Source: an uncultured virus (IMG/VR IMGVR_UViG_3300036719_003654) (taxonomy: Duplodnaviria; Heunggongvirae; Uroviricota; Caudoviricetes). Taken from it: DNA of 64,000 bases. Below, one piece after another: positions 1-9,207 of this stretch. The translations under genes and the position numbers were made by a program. Each line of letters opens with the position of its first letter. Position 1 is the stretch's first letter. Below the pieces are notes generated by a model. That model ran no database searches and was not told the DNA's origin. It saw only the letters and a program-made list of their open reading frames with translations. Location of the stretch: the IMG/VR virus record IMGVR_UViG_3300036719_003654; one strand, given 5' to 3'.

Positions 1-229
1 CGATAAGGCAAACCGCGTGGATGGTGGCTTTTTCAGCGATGTCTTCGTAAAAATCATATCCTTCTCCCGTCATGTCCGCATGGTCATGTTTTATCACCAA
101 CTGGTGGTTGGCGAGGAGTCCTTGCATCGCCATCGCAGCGAAGTATTCGCGTTTGGTGAGTCCCGCCAGAGACGGGTAATCTTTGTCTGTTTCTGTGGAG
201 AAAGTGGGGGCTTCGGTATGAGTTTCCAT
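1..229 (-). CDS. Conserved phage hypothetical protein, 3' end beyond the window
   Basis: Manual translation METHTEAP...GLTKREYFAAMAMQGLLA, a common phage motif (GxTxRxYFAAxAMQG); open to the left edge. Confidence 0.75.
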   Translation of the reverse strand, partial: METHTEAPTFSTETDKDYPSLAGLTKREYFAAMAMQGLLANHQLVIKHDHADMTGEGYDFYEDIAEKATIHAVCLI

Positions 230-241
230 AAGTCTGTACCC

Positions 242-273
242 AAAAAGCCGTCACCCCTCATCGGAGTAACGGC
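242..273 (-). terminator. Rho-independent terminator
   Basis: GCCGTTACTC...GGGTGACGGC stem followed by TTTTT on the minus strand, just after the 293 stop. Confidence 0.65.
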
Positions 274-292
274 GGATTGTGGTGTGTCGGTC

Positions 293-988
293 TTAGCCGA
301 GGTCCACTTCTTCAGTCTGTGCGTCAGGGTCGGTGTCCACAGCGCCGATCTTGACGGCGGCGGCGTGGATGTCCGCGTAATGCTCGGGGGCGATCTCGGC
401 CATGGTGTTGTAGCCGAACTTCTTCACGAAGTAGGCTTTGAGCTTGGCCTTACCTTCGTTCGGAAGGGTCTTCACGGTCTCGCGCAGACGTATTTCGGTG
501 ATGGCAGGCTGCTCAGGCTGCTCGGGCTGCTCGGGTTCTGGTTCAGGCGCAGGGGCCGGGGCCGGGGCGGCGGCTTTGGTAGCCTTGGCTTTGGCGGGTT
601 TCTCGACGACGGGGGCGGGCGTTTCCGGCTGCGGTGGTGGAGCGCCGAGAGCGCCAGTGGCGAGGTTGTTGATGGCATCGACAAGCGGCTTGACGCAGAT
701 GTCGAAGAAGGACTTGAACAGTTCGTTGGTCATGGTGTTTGTGTGGGTGTGTTGTTTTTCATCCTTTCCCGGCAACGTACCGGGAACTGATTGAAAGTCG
801 AAAGGAAGGGATCGGATAAAGCGGTTTAAGGCGTGGTTGTAAAGGCGGAACAACTCGGGTTGCTGCTGGCAGAGGTAGAGGAGTTTGCGCTGGGAGGCGC
901 GGCCACGGTCGTACGGGGCGTCACGCAGCGACTCGAAGCCCCAGTCGTGTGCTTTGAGCAGGGTGATGAAGTCGGTGGTGGGGATCAT
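293..988 (-). CDS. Replication-module hypothetical protein (Pro/Ala/Glu linker plus helical C-terminal domain); alternative start at 733
   Basis: C-terminus ITEIRLRETV...KKFGYNTMAEIAPEHYADI resembles proteins that precede the nuclease/SSB/PolA cluster in PolA-type phages. The N-terminal LKAHDW segment may be a separate fused unit. Confidence 0.6.
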   Translation of the reverse strand: MIPTTDFITLLKAHDWGFESLRDAPYDRGRASQRKLLYLCQQQPELFRLYNHALNRFIRSLPFDFQSVPGTLPGKDEKQHTHTNTMTNELFKSFFDICVKPLVDAINNLATGALGAPPPQPETPAPVVEKPAKAKATKAAAPAPAPAPEPEPEQPEQPEQPAITEIRLRETVKTLPNEGKAKLKAYFVKKFGYNTMAEIAPEHYADIHAAAVKIGAVDTDPDAQTEEVDLG

Positions 989-1191
989 TCTATGATGCCT
1001 TCGATGTTTTCAAAGCCGCCTGAAATAGTGGATATGTCATCCAGAGTCAAAAAACCTTTGGTGTGGAGAACTTCGCACAGACGCCCCACCGCACGGGATG
1101 TTCTTTCAGCCTTATCACGAGCCACCTCCAACGCGCCTGCGCCGTAGTCTAAACTGTCGGTGCAGCGGTCAAAGTGGTCAGCAACAGACAT
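985..1191 (-). CDS. Hypothetical protein
   Basis: 68-aa ORF with ATGA coupling to the next gene. Confidence 0.6.
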   Translation of the reverse strand: MSVADHFDRCTDSLDYGAGALEVARDKAERTSRAVGRLCEVLHTKGFLTLDDISTISGGFENIEGIIE

Positions 1192-1251
1192 GGTGGTGTT
1201 TGATTCTGATTTTCATGAGTCCTCACTATTGGATGAAGTCGGCGGTGGAGA

Positions 1252-1599
1252 TCATTTCGTCAGTTGATCTTTCAACGCCTTGACTGCCGCGTTGTAGATG
1301 TCGGGAAGGTCTTGCTGCATCATTTTGCTTTTGGCAATCTCAGGAATCACGACCATCATGGCGACGGTGTTGGAAGAGGGAATGAACGCGGAAAACAGCA
1401 GAGTAGTTACCGCCACAATCATGCACCGAAACCCGGATTTTCTTATTTTGGGGCGATCTTCGTCATCCAAATCAGGGTAGGTGGAAGCTACATAAGAGAC
1501 GATGGCAAAAATTGCGCATGCAACACTGAAGACTATGACAGCAGAGCCGAACTTGTCGGTGAGTTGCCAGAGATAGATGGTGAGCGGGGTGATGTTCAT
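1252..1599 (-). CDS. Membrane protein (2 TM)
   Basis: Two hydrophobic stretches; ATGA overlap with the primase stop. Confidence 0.7.
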   Translation of the reverse strand: MNITPLTIYLWQLTDKFGSAVIVFSVACAIFAIVSYVASTYPDLDDEDRPKIRKSGFRCMIVAVTTLLFSAFIPSSNTVAMMVVIPEIAKSKMMQQDLPDIYNAAVKALKDQLTK

Positions 1600-4196
1600 A
1601 GGTTTTCACTATTGGATGAATTTTCAGACTTGTCCACCAACATTTTCACGGGATCTCTGCCATTGAGGCGATCGGCGCGTGCCCAGACGTACTGCCGCTC
1701 ACCCGCGATCATGTGCCGACCGGATGGCGAGAACCCAGCGTTGCGCAGGACATGGGTGAGGTATTTGGGGGTGATGTTCTTGACGCCTTCCGCGTCCAAC
1801 GCGGACCTGAGAGCACCGACAGCCACCGCGTCAGCCTGGATCAGCGGGCACTCGTCGTTTTGCCAGATGCGGTTGAGCACGGCAGTCACGTCGTCGCTGG
1901 TGTCGGTGATCATTTCCTGCAAATATGAGGTAGTCGGGGCCGGGCCGGAGGGACGAAACGTGGAGCTGATGACGCGGTTCTCGAACATGTAGCGGTAGCC
2001 GCCTGCGTGGGTGGTTAGCGACTCGGCGAACCGGGCGAAATATTCCGGGTCTTTGTCCACGATGGCGCGAATCTGCTCTTTGTGCTGGAGCTTCGACTTC
2101 ACGACCCACCAGCGGCGTGAATCCTCACCAACCACGATGGCGTCATGGTGGTTGGTGAAGGCCATGTAGTTTGTCCTATTCTGGATGTTCCGCGTGTTTT
2201 TGTTTCGCTCATTGACCGGCAGGAAGTCGTTGGTGATCGGCTCTTTGAGCGTGTTCATCAACTCGTGACGGTTCTGCCCGGCCACTCGAAGCTCTTCGAT
2301 GCACACCACCTGTGAGCCGAAGGCCCAGTCGTTCCACCCTTTTTTGATGGTGTCGGAATTGATCAGACGGGTGTTGTCGAGTCCCAGGATAGCTCGGATG
2401 ACGCCGAAGAGCAGCGTTTTGCCGCAACCCTCCACCCCCTGGATGAGCAGCGCATGACGCACCTTGCTGCCGGGGAACTGCGCATGGTAGGCGATCCAGT
2501 CGAGCAGGTGAGTTCGGTAAGCAGGTTCGGTGATAATGTTGCAAAGTTGCTCGCACAGCACGTCTTCCGCGTAGTCGGCCAGTGCTTTGTCGGCTTCACG
2601 GTAGCTGCGACGGTAGAGGTTCACAAAGAGCTTGCCCTCCTCCCGCGTGATGATGTCCTCCGGGGCTGACGGGTTGTAAGTTACGTCGTCAACGGTCTGA
2701 CATTTGAGATGGTTGAGCAGGTACAGCGACGGCAACACCTTGGGCGTGTTGAGGGTTTGCTCGTTCACGTCTCGACCGATGGCCTGCAACTCGGCAGCCG
2801 TGGGGAGCAGTTTGCGGGCAAACACCGAATCGAACGGCACCTTCTTGTACTCCTGCCGGGTGCGGTGCCGCAGGAACGTATCAGTGGCGGCGATGTACAC
2901 GAAGCCCAACGACCATGGGGGGTGAATCACTTCCGCCGACTCGCTGCGTTTGGCGACGAGACATTCGCGAAGCACCTTCAACTCACGCTTCACGTTCATG
3001 AGCGGCAGCGGTTGCTGGTAGTCCTGCCGGGACTTCATCACCAGTGTTTGCAGCAAAGCGCCTTCCTCGACGTGGGAGAGCAGCGGGGCGGCAGCGATGC
3101 GCCGCACACCTTCGTTCATCAACTGGACTGCCGACTTGCATTCAAACATGATCCAGTCAGAGACGGTCTTGAAGCTAGACTCCTTGACCTTGTCACTGTT
3201 CCACCCACCCTCGACAGCACGTTTGAGCAGCGAGCGGATGGTGACGGGTTTGCGGCCTTGAGCCTGTTCTTGGAACGAGCGCCAGACGGTCGCCGTGTCC
3301 TTGTCGCCTTCATACTTGCTGCCCGTGGCGCTCCACGAGTCAAAAAGGGTGTACGCCTCATCGTCCTGCGATCCGCCGAATTGGTGCTTCAGGGCTGCCG
3401 CGATTTCCAGCCACTCGGGACGGGAGCAGTCGGCATTGATGAACGTAAGAGCCTCCTCCACCTGGGTAAGGTTCACACCTGCCACCGGGAATTGGAAGAA
3501 AGTCAGGAAGTCGTCGATGCTGCCGGAGGACGGCCCGCGACTCGGCTTGCTGCCCGACACGATGCCCGGCAGCGAGTCGAGGTCGGTGGAAATGTCGTCG
3601 GGTTTGAACGCACGCCCACCAAAATGCATGACGAGCACGGGATGCTCCAGATCGGGATCTTGATCCGCGAAGACGGTGGGACGAAACATCGGTTGGCACA
3701 CGATAGCAGACTCCCTCGTCACCTTTGGCAGCCCTAGAAGCTGCCCCACCGTGAGGGCTGCGTCGGGGTACCGCTCAACGGGCACGCTGTCGGCTTCCAC
3801 GATGACGCGGATGCGTGGGGACGCAGGCGTTGAGCTAATGGTTTGGTAGGCTGCGAAGTTGTATTTACCCAGTGCGTCGATCAGCAGACTCGGCTCTTCC
3901 ACAAAACGTCTGGCGTCGTCGGCGTCGTCGATGTCTAGGATGATGAGGTGGCAGGGTCGGGCGTGCTCCAGCTTGCGGCCTTCCCACGGCGAAGTACTGA
4001 AGGTGCAGGGGACCACATACCCAACGAGTTTTGCTTTAGCTTTTTCGGCTTTGGGCAGTGCATGGTATTCCGCGTGGGTGACGGAGAGCGGCACCGGCAG
4101 ATCGATAAATTGCTGAGCAAAATCGCGGAAGGTGGAAGCTGGTGACTTGACCAGCGTGTGGCTGCCAACGTGCTTGCCTGTAAAGTAGGAGGGCAT
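1596..4196 (-). CDS. Primase-helicase (primase-like N-terminus, PriCT-2, SF3/DUF5906-type helicase)
   Basis: IILDIDD; CSRPEWLEIAAALKH...FDSWSATGSKY (PriCT-2); Walker A GVEGCGKT; VCIEE; FTNH. Confidence 0.9.
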   Translation of the reverse strand: MPSYFTGKHVGSHTLVKSPASTFRDFAQQFIDLPVPLSVTHAEYHALPKAEKAKAKLVGYVVPCTFSTSPWEGRKLEHARPCHLIILDIDDADDARRFVEEPSLLIDALGKYNFAAYQTISSTPASPRIRVIVEADSVPVERYPDAALTVGQLLGLPKVTRESAIVCQPMFRPTVFADQDPDLEHPVLVMHFGGRAFKPDDISTDLDSLPGIVSGSKPSRGPSSGSIDDFLTFFQFPVAGVNLTQVEEALTFINADCSRPEWLEIAAALKHQFGGSQDDEAYTLFDSWSATGSKYEGDKDTATVWRSFQEQAQGRKPVTIRSLLKRAVEGGWNSDKVKESSFKTVSDWIMFECKSAVQLMNEGVRRIAAAPLLSHVEEGALLQTLVMKSRQDYQQPLPLMNVKRELKVLRECLVAKRSESAEVIHPPWSLGFVYIAATDTFLRHRTRQEYKKVPFDSVFARKLLPTAAELQAIGRDVNEQTLNTPKVLPSLYLLNHLKCQTVDDVTYNPSAPEDIITREEGKLFVNLYRRSYREADKALADYAEDVLCEQLCNIITEPAYRTHLLDWIAYHAQFPGSKVRHALLIQGVEGCGKTLLFGVIRAILGLDNTRLINSDTIKKGWNDWAFGSQVVCIEELRVAGQNRHELMNTLKEPITNDFLPVNERNKNTRNIQNRTNYMAFTNHHDAIVVGEDSRRWWVVKSKLQHKEQIRAIVDKDPEYFARFAESLTTHAGGYRYMFENRVISSTFRPSGPAPTTSYLQEMITDTSDDVTAVLNRIWQNDECPLIQADAVAVGALRSALDAEGVKNITPKYLTHVLRNAGFSPSGRHMIAGERQYVWARADRLNGRDPVKMLVDKSENSSNSENL

Positions 4197-4203
4197 GGGG
4201 CGG

Positions 4204-4578
4204 TTATTCTTCGACCCAGAGGTTGAGAGCGTGGAGAAAAGCCTTGGCCTGCTGCTCGGCAGTCGCGGTGGCGCGGTCTGCAACATGATCGACGTGCCCC
4301 CCATGTTTCACCAAACCGTCCAGCAACTCGATGTACCTCCAATATGTGTGCCCGTCTGGCAGCTTTTTCACAGCCTCGTGCATAGCGTCGAGACTGTCGA
4401 GGTAGTCAGGGATGATCTTGACCACGCCGCCACTACGCCAACCTTTGCGCCGTGTCCTGGCGGCGGAAGGAGTGAAGTACCCACGCTTCCACGCATCAGG
4501 GTCGGCAGGGTTGGCGACCTTCAGTACTTCAAGCCCGCACGCCTCGGCAATCGCAATTCGCTGTTTCTCGGGTGTCAT
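4204..4578 (-). CDS. Phage hypothetical protein (ABA-sandwich-like)
   Basis: QRIAIAEACG...PDYLDSLDAMHEA...ATAEQQAKAFL pattern. Confidence 0.65.
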   Translation of the reverse strand: MTPEKQRIAIAEACGLEVLKVANPADPDAWKRGYFTPSAARTRRKGWRSGGVVKIIPDYLDSLDAMHEAVKKLPDGHTYWRYIELLDGLVKHGGHVDHVADRATATAEQQAKAFLHALNLWVEE

Positions 4579-4781
4579 AGATTCAAGTCGCTGATGTTGA
4601 TGTTCAAAGCCTTGGTGAGCTTCTGCAATGTGGACAACTGCGTGTCGCCGACGCTGTTCTCGACGTTCCAAATGGTTCCGACGGCCACGCCGGACTTGTC
4701 GGAAAGCTCGGTGATGGTGAGTCCTGCTGACCGGCGCACACGCTGGAGCCGTTCGCCGGGGGTTTCGAGTTTGGGGATCAC
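4575..4781 (-). CDS. XRE/Cro-like HTH regulator
   Basis: RLQRVRRSAGLTITELSDKSGVAVGTIWNVEN...LSTLQKLTKAL. Confidence 0.9.
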   Translation of the reverse strand: MIPKLETPGERLQRVRRSAGLTITELSDKSGVAVGTIWNVENSVGDTQLSTLQKLTKALNINISDLNL

Positions 4782-4993
4782 TTCTTATCCTCCAAAATAA
4801 AACGACACGCTGCGTTGAAAATAAACCACATGGCGTACTGTGATGGAGTGGGGACGTGCTGCCGGATGATGTCGCGGAACCCCGGAGTTTGCAGCTTCCG
4901 AGGATTCCTCATTTGCCGAAGGCGGAGATACCTCTCTTCCGCCACCTTGGCGGCACGAGTGTAAACCTGGCTGTTGTCGTATGGAACGCTCAT
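4778..4993 (-). CDS. Hypothetical protein
   Basis: Coupled by overlaps on both sides. Confidence 0.6.
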   Translation of the reverse strand: MSVPYDNSQVYTRAAKVAEERYLRLRQMRNPRKLQTPGFRDIIRQHVPTPSQYAMWFIFNAACRFILEDKK

Positions 4994-5169
4994 GATAGTG
5001 CTGCAAACTCCTGCGGGTTTTTGGCAACGGGCAGCTTCCGGTACTCGCTGTCAGACATGTCAACGTACACCCCGATGTAGCCCTGCGCTTTCAACTCTTC
5101 CACACGAAGCGCGTCAGTGCCCTTGGGTTCGCCCTCGACACATTCGCAGCCGACGCGGCGAGGCCACAT
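4990..5169 (-). CDS. Hypothetical 59-aa protein (not in the ORF track)
   Basis: MWPRRVGCECVEGEPKG...FAALS*; ATGA overlap with the 4993 start. Confidence 0.55.
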   Translation of the reverse strand: MWPRRVGCECVEGEPKGTDALRVEELKAQGYIGVYVDMSDSEYRKLPVAKNPQEFAALS

Positions 5170-5214
5170 GCCCTTGAGCGGTTTGGGGTGGTTGGTGATC
5201 CAGGTCCTGACAGG

Positions 5215-6678
5215 TCAACCGTTCCTAAGATTCTCGCGAACCTCCACCAAAGTGTAATCCTTTTGCAGGACTCCGTCCTCGAACACTGGGACGAACGCAC
5301 AGTCGAGCACTTCCTCCCAAGTCGCTTGGTCCTTCAGTTGGTACTGCCCATCGGTTTTGAACACCGCAGTCAACCCTTTGGCCGACTTCTTGGTGCCGTC
5401 GTCTGTTTTCGGAGCTTTGAAAATCTCGCGGTCAACTCCGTTGACTCGGGCAAATGTGGCCTTCACTGCAAACCCATCCGTATCGCGGGTGACGTATTGG
5501 TAGGTGTAGCTGCCAATGCCAAACACCGCGTTGGTCGAGGCGAAGCCTTTGGACTTCAGACCTTCGCAGATAGCCTCGGCACGTTCGAGAGTGATGCTGT
5601 CCCCGTAGATCAGACCAACGTGGGTGTCCAATTGGCGAAACCTTTGCGGAGTGATTGTGCCTCCGAACACCTCCCACAACACCTCAATAGAACCTTTGTA
5701 CTCGGGGGAGTCTGCGGGCGCGTCTGGATCTCCACACACCACCTTCACCGGGTCTCCTGTGTCGGGACGAAACACCACTTTACCATCGCGGGAGAGGATG
5801 TCTTCCTTCAGTTGGACTGTGAACTGGGTCAACACCTGCCAGTAGTCCCACGAGTCCGAAACGATAGAGACGACTCCTGCCGGGTAGATGTCTTTGATCA
5901 AGCGACGGAAGGTACCAAGTTCATTGTCCATGCCTCCGGCGCACATAACGCTATGTTCGGTCGCAGGGACGCTGCCACCAACAAGCTCTTTGTCCGAGTC
6001 GGCGTTGTAATACTTCTCAAGGAAGTCGATGGCTGGGATGGTGTCTGTCCCAGTGAAGCTGAGAAGGTGTCCCGCCCCCGACATCATGGCTGCCTCCGGC
6101 CCAAACATGCCTCGAAACGAGAAGTCGTGACCCTGCCATTGGACGAAGTCTGTGCAACCGACCGTGTCCAAAGCATATCTGTCAAGCAGCAGTCGATACT
6201 GCCGGGCTGTCGTAGCAGAAGTACACATCCCCCAAACGCTTGTGGACAGGATCGTTTCAAGGTAGTTGGTCAGCCAGAAAAAGTCTGGCAAAGTGTTCCA
6301 GATCACCATGCAAGGTACTCGAATCGGGTACACACTGCCTTCCGGCAAAGACATGATCTTGATCGGCAGGTAGCCGAGATGGTGGAGGGCTTCGATATGC
6401 GCCGTTCCGACTTCGTTCGGACCCAAGTAGTTTTTGATACGTCGCTTGAACTCGGCCACAACCTTTTCTTTTGGACGTTGGAAGAAGTTCTCGTTCCACT
6501 GGCGTATGAGCACTTCTTTGACGAAGTATTGCAGTCCGAAAAACACCATGTCAGGATTTCCGGCGCGGCGGGTTTTACGGGAGGTCAGGTTGCTGAACAC
6601 CAGCTCGGTCCCTTCTGGGTATTGGCGGCGGTGGTCCACTTTGTAGCCGTCGATTTGAGTGCAAGGATTTGTGGTCAT
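5215..6678 (-). CDS. nadV: Nicotinamide phosphoribosyltransferase family protein (Nampt, or Namat of NARP1)
   Basis: DGYKVDHRRQYP, HDFSFRG, SVPATEHSVMC, SIVSDSWD, RPDTGDP, IYGDSIT, FGIGS, KKSAKG. Confidence 0.95.
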   Translation of the reverse strand: MTTNPCTQIDGYKVDHRRQYPEGTELVFSNLTSRKTRRAGNPDMVFFGLQYFVKEVLIRQWNENFFQRPKEKVVAEFKRRIKNYLGPNEVGTAHIEALHHLGYLPIKIMSLPEGSVYPIRVPCMVIWNTLPDFFWLTNYLETILSTSVWGMCTSATTARQYRLLLDRYALDTVGCTDFVQWQGHDFSFRGMFGPEAAMMSGAGHLLSFTGTDTIPAIDFLEKYYNADSDKELVGGSVPATEHSVMCAGGMDNELGTFRRLIKDIYPAGVVSIVSDSWDYWQVLTQFTVQLKEDILSRDGKVVFRPDTGDPVKVVCGDPDAPADSPEYKGSIEVLWEVFGGTITPQRFRQLDTHVGLIYGDSITLERAEAICEGLKSKGFASTNAVFGIGSYTYQYVTRDTDGFAVKATFARVNGVDREIFKAPKTDDGTKKSAKGLTAVFKTDGQYQLKDQATWEEVLDCAFVPVFEDGVLQKDYTLVEVRENLRNG

Positions 6679-6762
6679 TGGAAGGAGTAAGGGTCGTTGG
6701 TTTTTTCGAGACTCCATCCCGCTCGGATAACCGAGATGAATGTCGCCGCGATAATCAGCAGG

Positions 6763-6999
6763 TCAGTTAACAGGCTCGTAGGTTTGTTCAAAGATGTCGG
6801 GTTTGCAGGCGTACACCTCGCCTTGAACTCCTGTGATGATCCAATCGCCTGGAGTCACTTCGTGTTTGATGGCGGTGTGCTCAAGCGTGTGGATGCCGAA
6901 ACCTGTGGGGGATGTAATATCTGCCACAACTGAAGGGTGATCCCCTTCTTTGTTGAACCGCGTAGCTTCGATGATGACTGGTCTTTTCCTGAATTTCAT
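6763..6999 (-). CDS. Conserved phage protein (MKFRKRPVIIEA family)
   Basis: IHTLE...PGDWIITGVQGEVYACKPDIFEQTYE. Confidence 0.85.
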   Translation of the reverse strand: MKFRKRPVIIEATRFNKEGDHPSVVADITSPTGFGIHTLEHTAIKHEVTPGDWIITGVQGEVYACKPDIFEQTYEPVN

Positions 7000-7784
7000 A
7001 GTCCGAGTTTGATGGTGGTTACTTTGTCTGCGGCGTGATGCCAAAAGCTGTCGGTTGTGATGATCTCGTCAAACTTCTCCTTCAAAGTGTGAAAACCTTT
7101 GGAGAAGATGCCGTGCGAAACTATCAGGGTGAGGTGAACTGGTTCAATCTGCTCTGCGATGGCAAGGAACGTGGCTCCACCATCGCAAATGTCGTCGATG
7201 ATGACGCAGTTGCGTCCAGTGCAAATTTCCGGGTTCTGTACCACGAGGGACACACGCCCGGTCGTGGTGTCGCGGACTTTGTCGCAGAACACTTTTTCCG
7301 AAAGGCAGGCGTTCCAATCTTGGTAGTCGGCGGCTTTGCTGACAGCTCCTTTGTCGGGCACGATGAGAACCGCGCCCAACTGGTTGTAGGCTTTGACCAG
7401 CCTGCTGTTGTTGTGAGATCGCGAGTTGTGAATCAAAGATGTGGCAACGCTGCTGTGAACATCGAACAGGTTGACCGATAAGAAACCACAGGAGTTGATG
7501 CACTGCGCCACCACCTCAAGGTCAAAACTGTCGCCAGTATTGATGATGCGGTCGTACCGAGCACCCATCAGGTAGGGTACCACAAGTTCGCGGGGTGTCG
7601 CTTGTGTGTGTCGCACTGCATTGACCACGAGCATCAACTGAACTAGTTCGAGGGGACTTCGGATTGGACAAACAACCCGCACGTCGTCTCCCGGCTGAAT
7701 GTCATTCACTGTGACGTGAGGCTGGTTGTCCGGGAAAAGGAGAGTTTTTACACGCTCTCCGGTGATCAGGTTGATGGTCTTCAT
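6996..7784 (-). CDS. prs: Ribose-phosphate pyrophosphokinase family protein (Prs, or Adps of NARP1)
   Basis: FPDNQPH, PYLMGARYDR, DVHS, PDKGA, IIDDICDGGATF, SHGIFSKG. Confidence 0.92.
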   Translation of the reverse strand: MKTINLITGERVKTLLFPDNQPHVTVNDIQPGDDVRVVCPIRSPLELVQLMLVVNAVRHTQATPRELVVPYLMGARYDRIINTGDSFDLEVVAQCINSCGFLSVNLFDVHSSVATSLIHNSRSHNNSRLVKAYNQLGAVLIVPDKGAVSKAADYQDWNACLSEKVFCDKVRDTTTGRVSLVVQNPEICTGRNCVIIDDICDGGATFLAIAEQIEPVHLTLIVSHGIFSKGFHTLKEKFDEIITTDSFWHHAADKVTTIKLGL

Positions 7785-7828
7785 GGTGTGTTTGAATTTC
7801 ACTATACTGAAACGGTGCGGACAGATTG

Positions 7829-8278
7829 TCAACCCCAAAAGTCGTCAGATTCTTCGACTGGCATGGCCTTCCGACTCTCCTCGTCAATCTCCGCCTGCTC
7901 GGCGGCAGTGTAAGGCCACGCAGACGTTTCCCGTTTTGCCTGCCGCTTCGGAAAATACGCGTACATCGTGTGCCGCGCATTGTTGACCCGGTTGGCGAGG
8001 CACACGTCCACGAAGGCGACCGAGTGTACGGCTGTCACCTCCTCCACGAACTTCATGGTCTGTTCCAACGGGACGATCAGGGTCGGTATGCTGTCCTCCA
8101 GGATGTCCTCGGCGTAGTCGGTCAACGTGCCAAGCTGCGACACTTTGCGGGCGGCGGCAGCCTCGTCGAGGTAGAGAGAAAAACCGTTGCTCTCGTGGAG
8201 CATGCGCAGGGTAGCGCGGGGGGCGGCGGCTCGCATGGCGGCGAGCTTGTCGGTGAATATGGATTTGAAAAAGGTCAT
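7829..8278 (-). CDS. Stand-alone MutS domain-I-like protein, C-terminal DDFWG
   Basis: RMLHESNGFSLYLDEAAAARKV...GTLT resembles the MutS-I GDFYELFxxDAxxAA pattern. Confidence 0.55.
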   Translation of the reverse strand: MTFFKSIFTDKLAAMRAAAPRATLRMLHESNGFSLYLDEAAAARKVSQLGTLTDYAEDILEDSIPTLIVPLEQTMKFVEEVTAVHSVAFVDVCLANRVNNARHTMYAYFPKRQAKRETSAWPYTAAEQAEIDEESRKAMPVEESDDFWG

Positions 8279-8538
8279 GCGAGTATTCGTTTAGGAGTGG
8301 AAAGTTTTTTGCGTAGCGAGCGGAACAAGTGATCCCACCCACATTCAACGGTCTTGCCTTGAGCGATGACCTGGATGCCATTCATGCGCGTCCCCTGCTT
8401 GATTGCCCACCGCCTCATCCTCCCGTCTGCCGCATGCCATTGCAGCACGCCCAGCAGTTCACCGGCTGTATCCGGCAGGTCCACTTGAGCGTTTGATCTT
8501 GGGTCAACCCCAGAACTCTTTATCGTCTGAGGTGGCAT
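8275..8538 (-). CDS. Hypothetical protein (start uncertain)
   Basis: Fills the gap between neighbours; ATGA overlap at 8275-8278. Confidence 0.5.
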   Translation of the reverse strand: MPPQTIKSSGVDPRSNAQVDLPDTAGELLGVLQWHAADGRMRRWAIKQGTRMNGIQVIAQGKTVECGWDHLFRSLRKKLSTPKRILA

Positions 8539-8824
8539 CGGCTTGCTTGAGCTTCTCGCGCAGTAGGCGCATGCGGTGGGCCATCCACTGAGGATGTGCC
8601 TTTTGCTTCTTGGCGTTCCACGCGGCGGTCTTGGTCAGGTCGATCTTGCTGTCAAGGATGTGTGGTTTGCTGCCGCTTCCCGGTTTGCGCGGAGCCTTGG
8701 GCTTGCCTTTCTCGGCGCGATGGCGCAGCACGGTATTGGGGTGGCAACCGACGATATTGGCAATCTCTTCGTTGCGCATGGTTTTCCATGAGATGGTCTT
8801 CGGGTACTTGATGGGGTCAGACAT
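8504..8824 (-). CDS. Basic HTH protein, C-terminal EFWG
   Basis: NEEIANIVGCHPNTVLRHR helix-turn-helix. Confidence 0.7.
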   Translation of the reverse strand: MSDPIKYPKTISWKTMRNEEIANIVGCHPNTVLRHRAEKGKPKAPRKPGSGSKPHILDSKIDLTKTAAWNAKKQKAHPQWMAHRMRLLREKLKQADATSDDKEFWG

Positions 8825-8841
8825 ATGACCGACAGGCTAGG

Positions 8842-9207
8842 TTAAACTTTAGCCGTTTGCAAGAGGGATTCCAGCGGCCATCGGGCGAGGAGTTTCTGGA
8901 TTGGCTCGCATACAAACTCTGGGCAGCCGATCTTCTCCATTCGTTCGTGCAGGCTGAGTAACTCGGCGATCAGAATCCGCGTGCTCTCCCATCCTGCTTC
9001 GGCGTTTCCGGCGCAGGCGGCGATGTAGGCGGCGTTTGCATCGGAGTTGTCCATGCAATCGCAAATGAAATCTGCATCACTCCAGACCTCATTTGTGATT
9101 GTGCCTTCTTGCTGCCACCTCCCCGGCGTCCGTTTCGCGGCAATTTCGAGGAGATGGGCGAGGTGCGCGTCGATCTTGCGCAGGTGGTCGAGTTGGGCGG
9201 TGGTCAT
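8842..9207 (-). CDS. Hypothetical protein (TPGxW / NAxxIAA, Ead-like family)
   Basis: KRTPGRW...DANAAYIAA. Confidence 0.65.
   Translation of the reverse strand: MTTAQLDHLRKIDAHLAHLLEIAAKRTPGRWQQEGTITNEVWSDADFICDCMDNSDANAAYIAACAGNAEAGWESTRILIAELLSLHERMEKIGCPEFVCEPIQKLLARWPLESLLQTAKV

Noticed and set aside
1205..1240. Hammerhead-like string AUGAGUCC...GGAUGAAG
   Set aside because: Lacks the CUGANGA and GAAA core and stems I/III; antisense to the operon; explained by the duplication.
5188..6690. Long antisense ORFs (also 26305-28029, 28135-29352, 59207-60544, 24470-25543)
   Set aside because: Shadows of codon-biased GC-rich genes on the opposite strand, with no recognisable motifs.
7829..8515. 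FWG motif as a by-product of a Shine-Dalgarno or GGGGTTGAC promoter sequence
   Set aside because: Only two of ten copies are followed by TTGAC, spacing to the next ATG is inconsistent, and the acidic residues and reading frame would stay unexplained.
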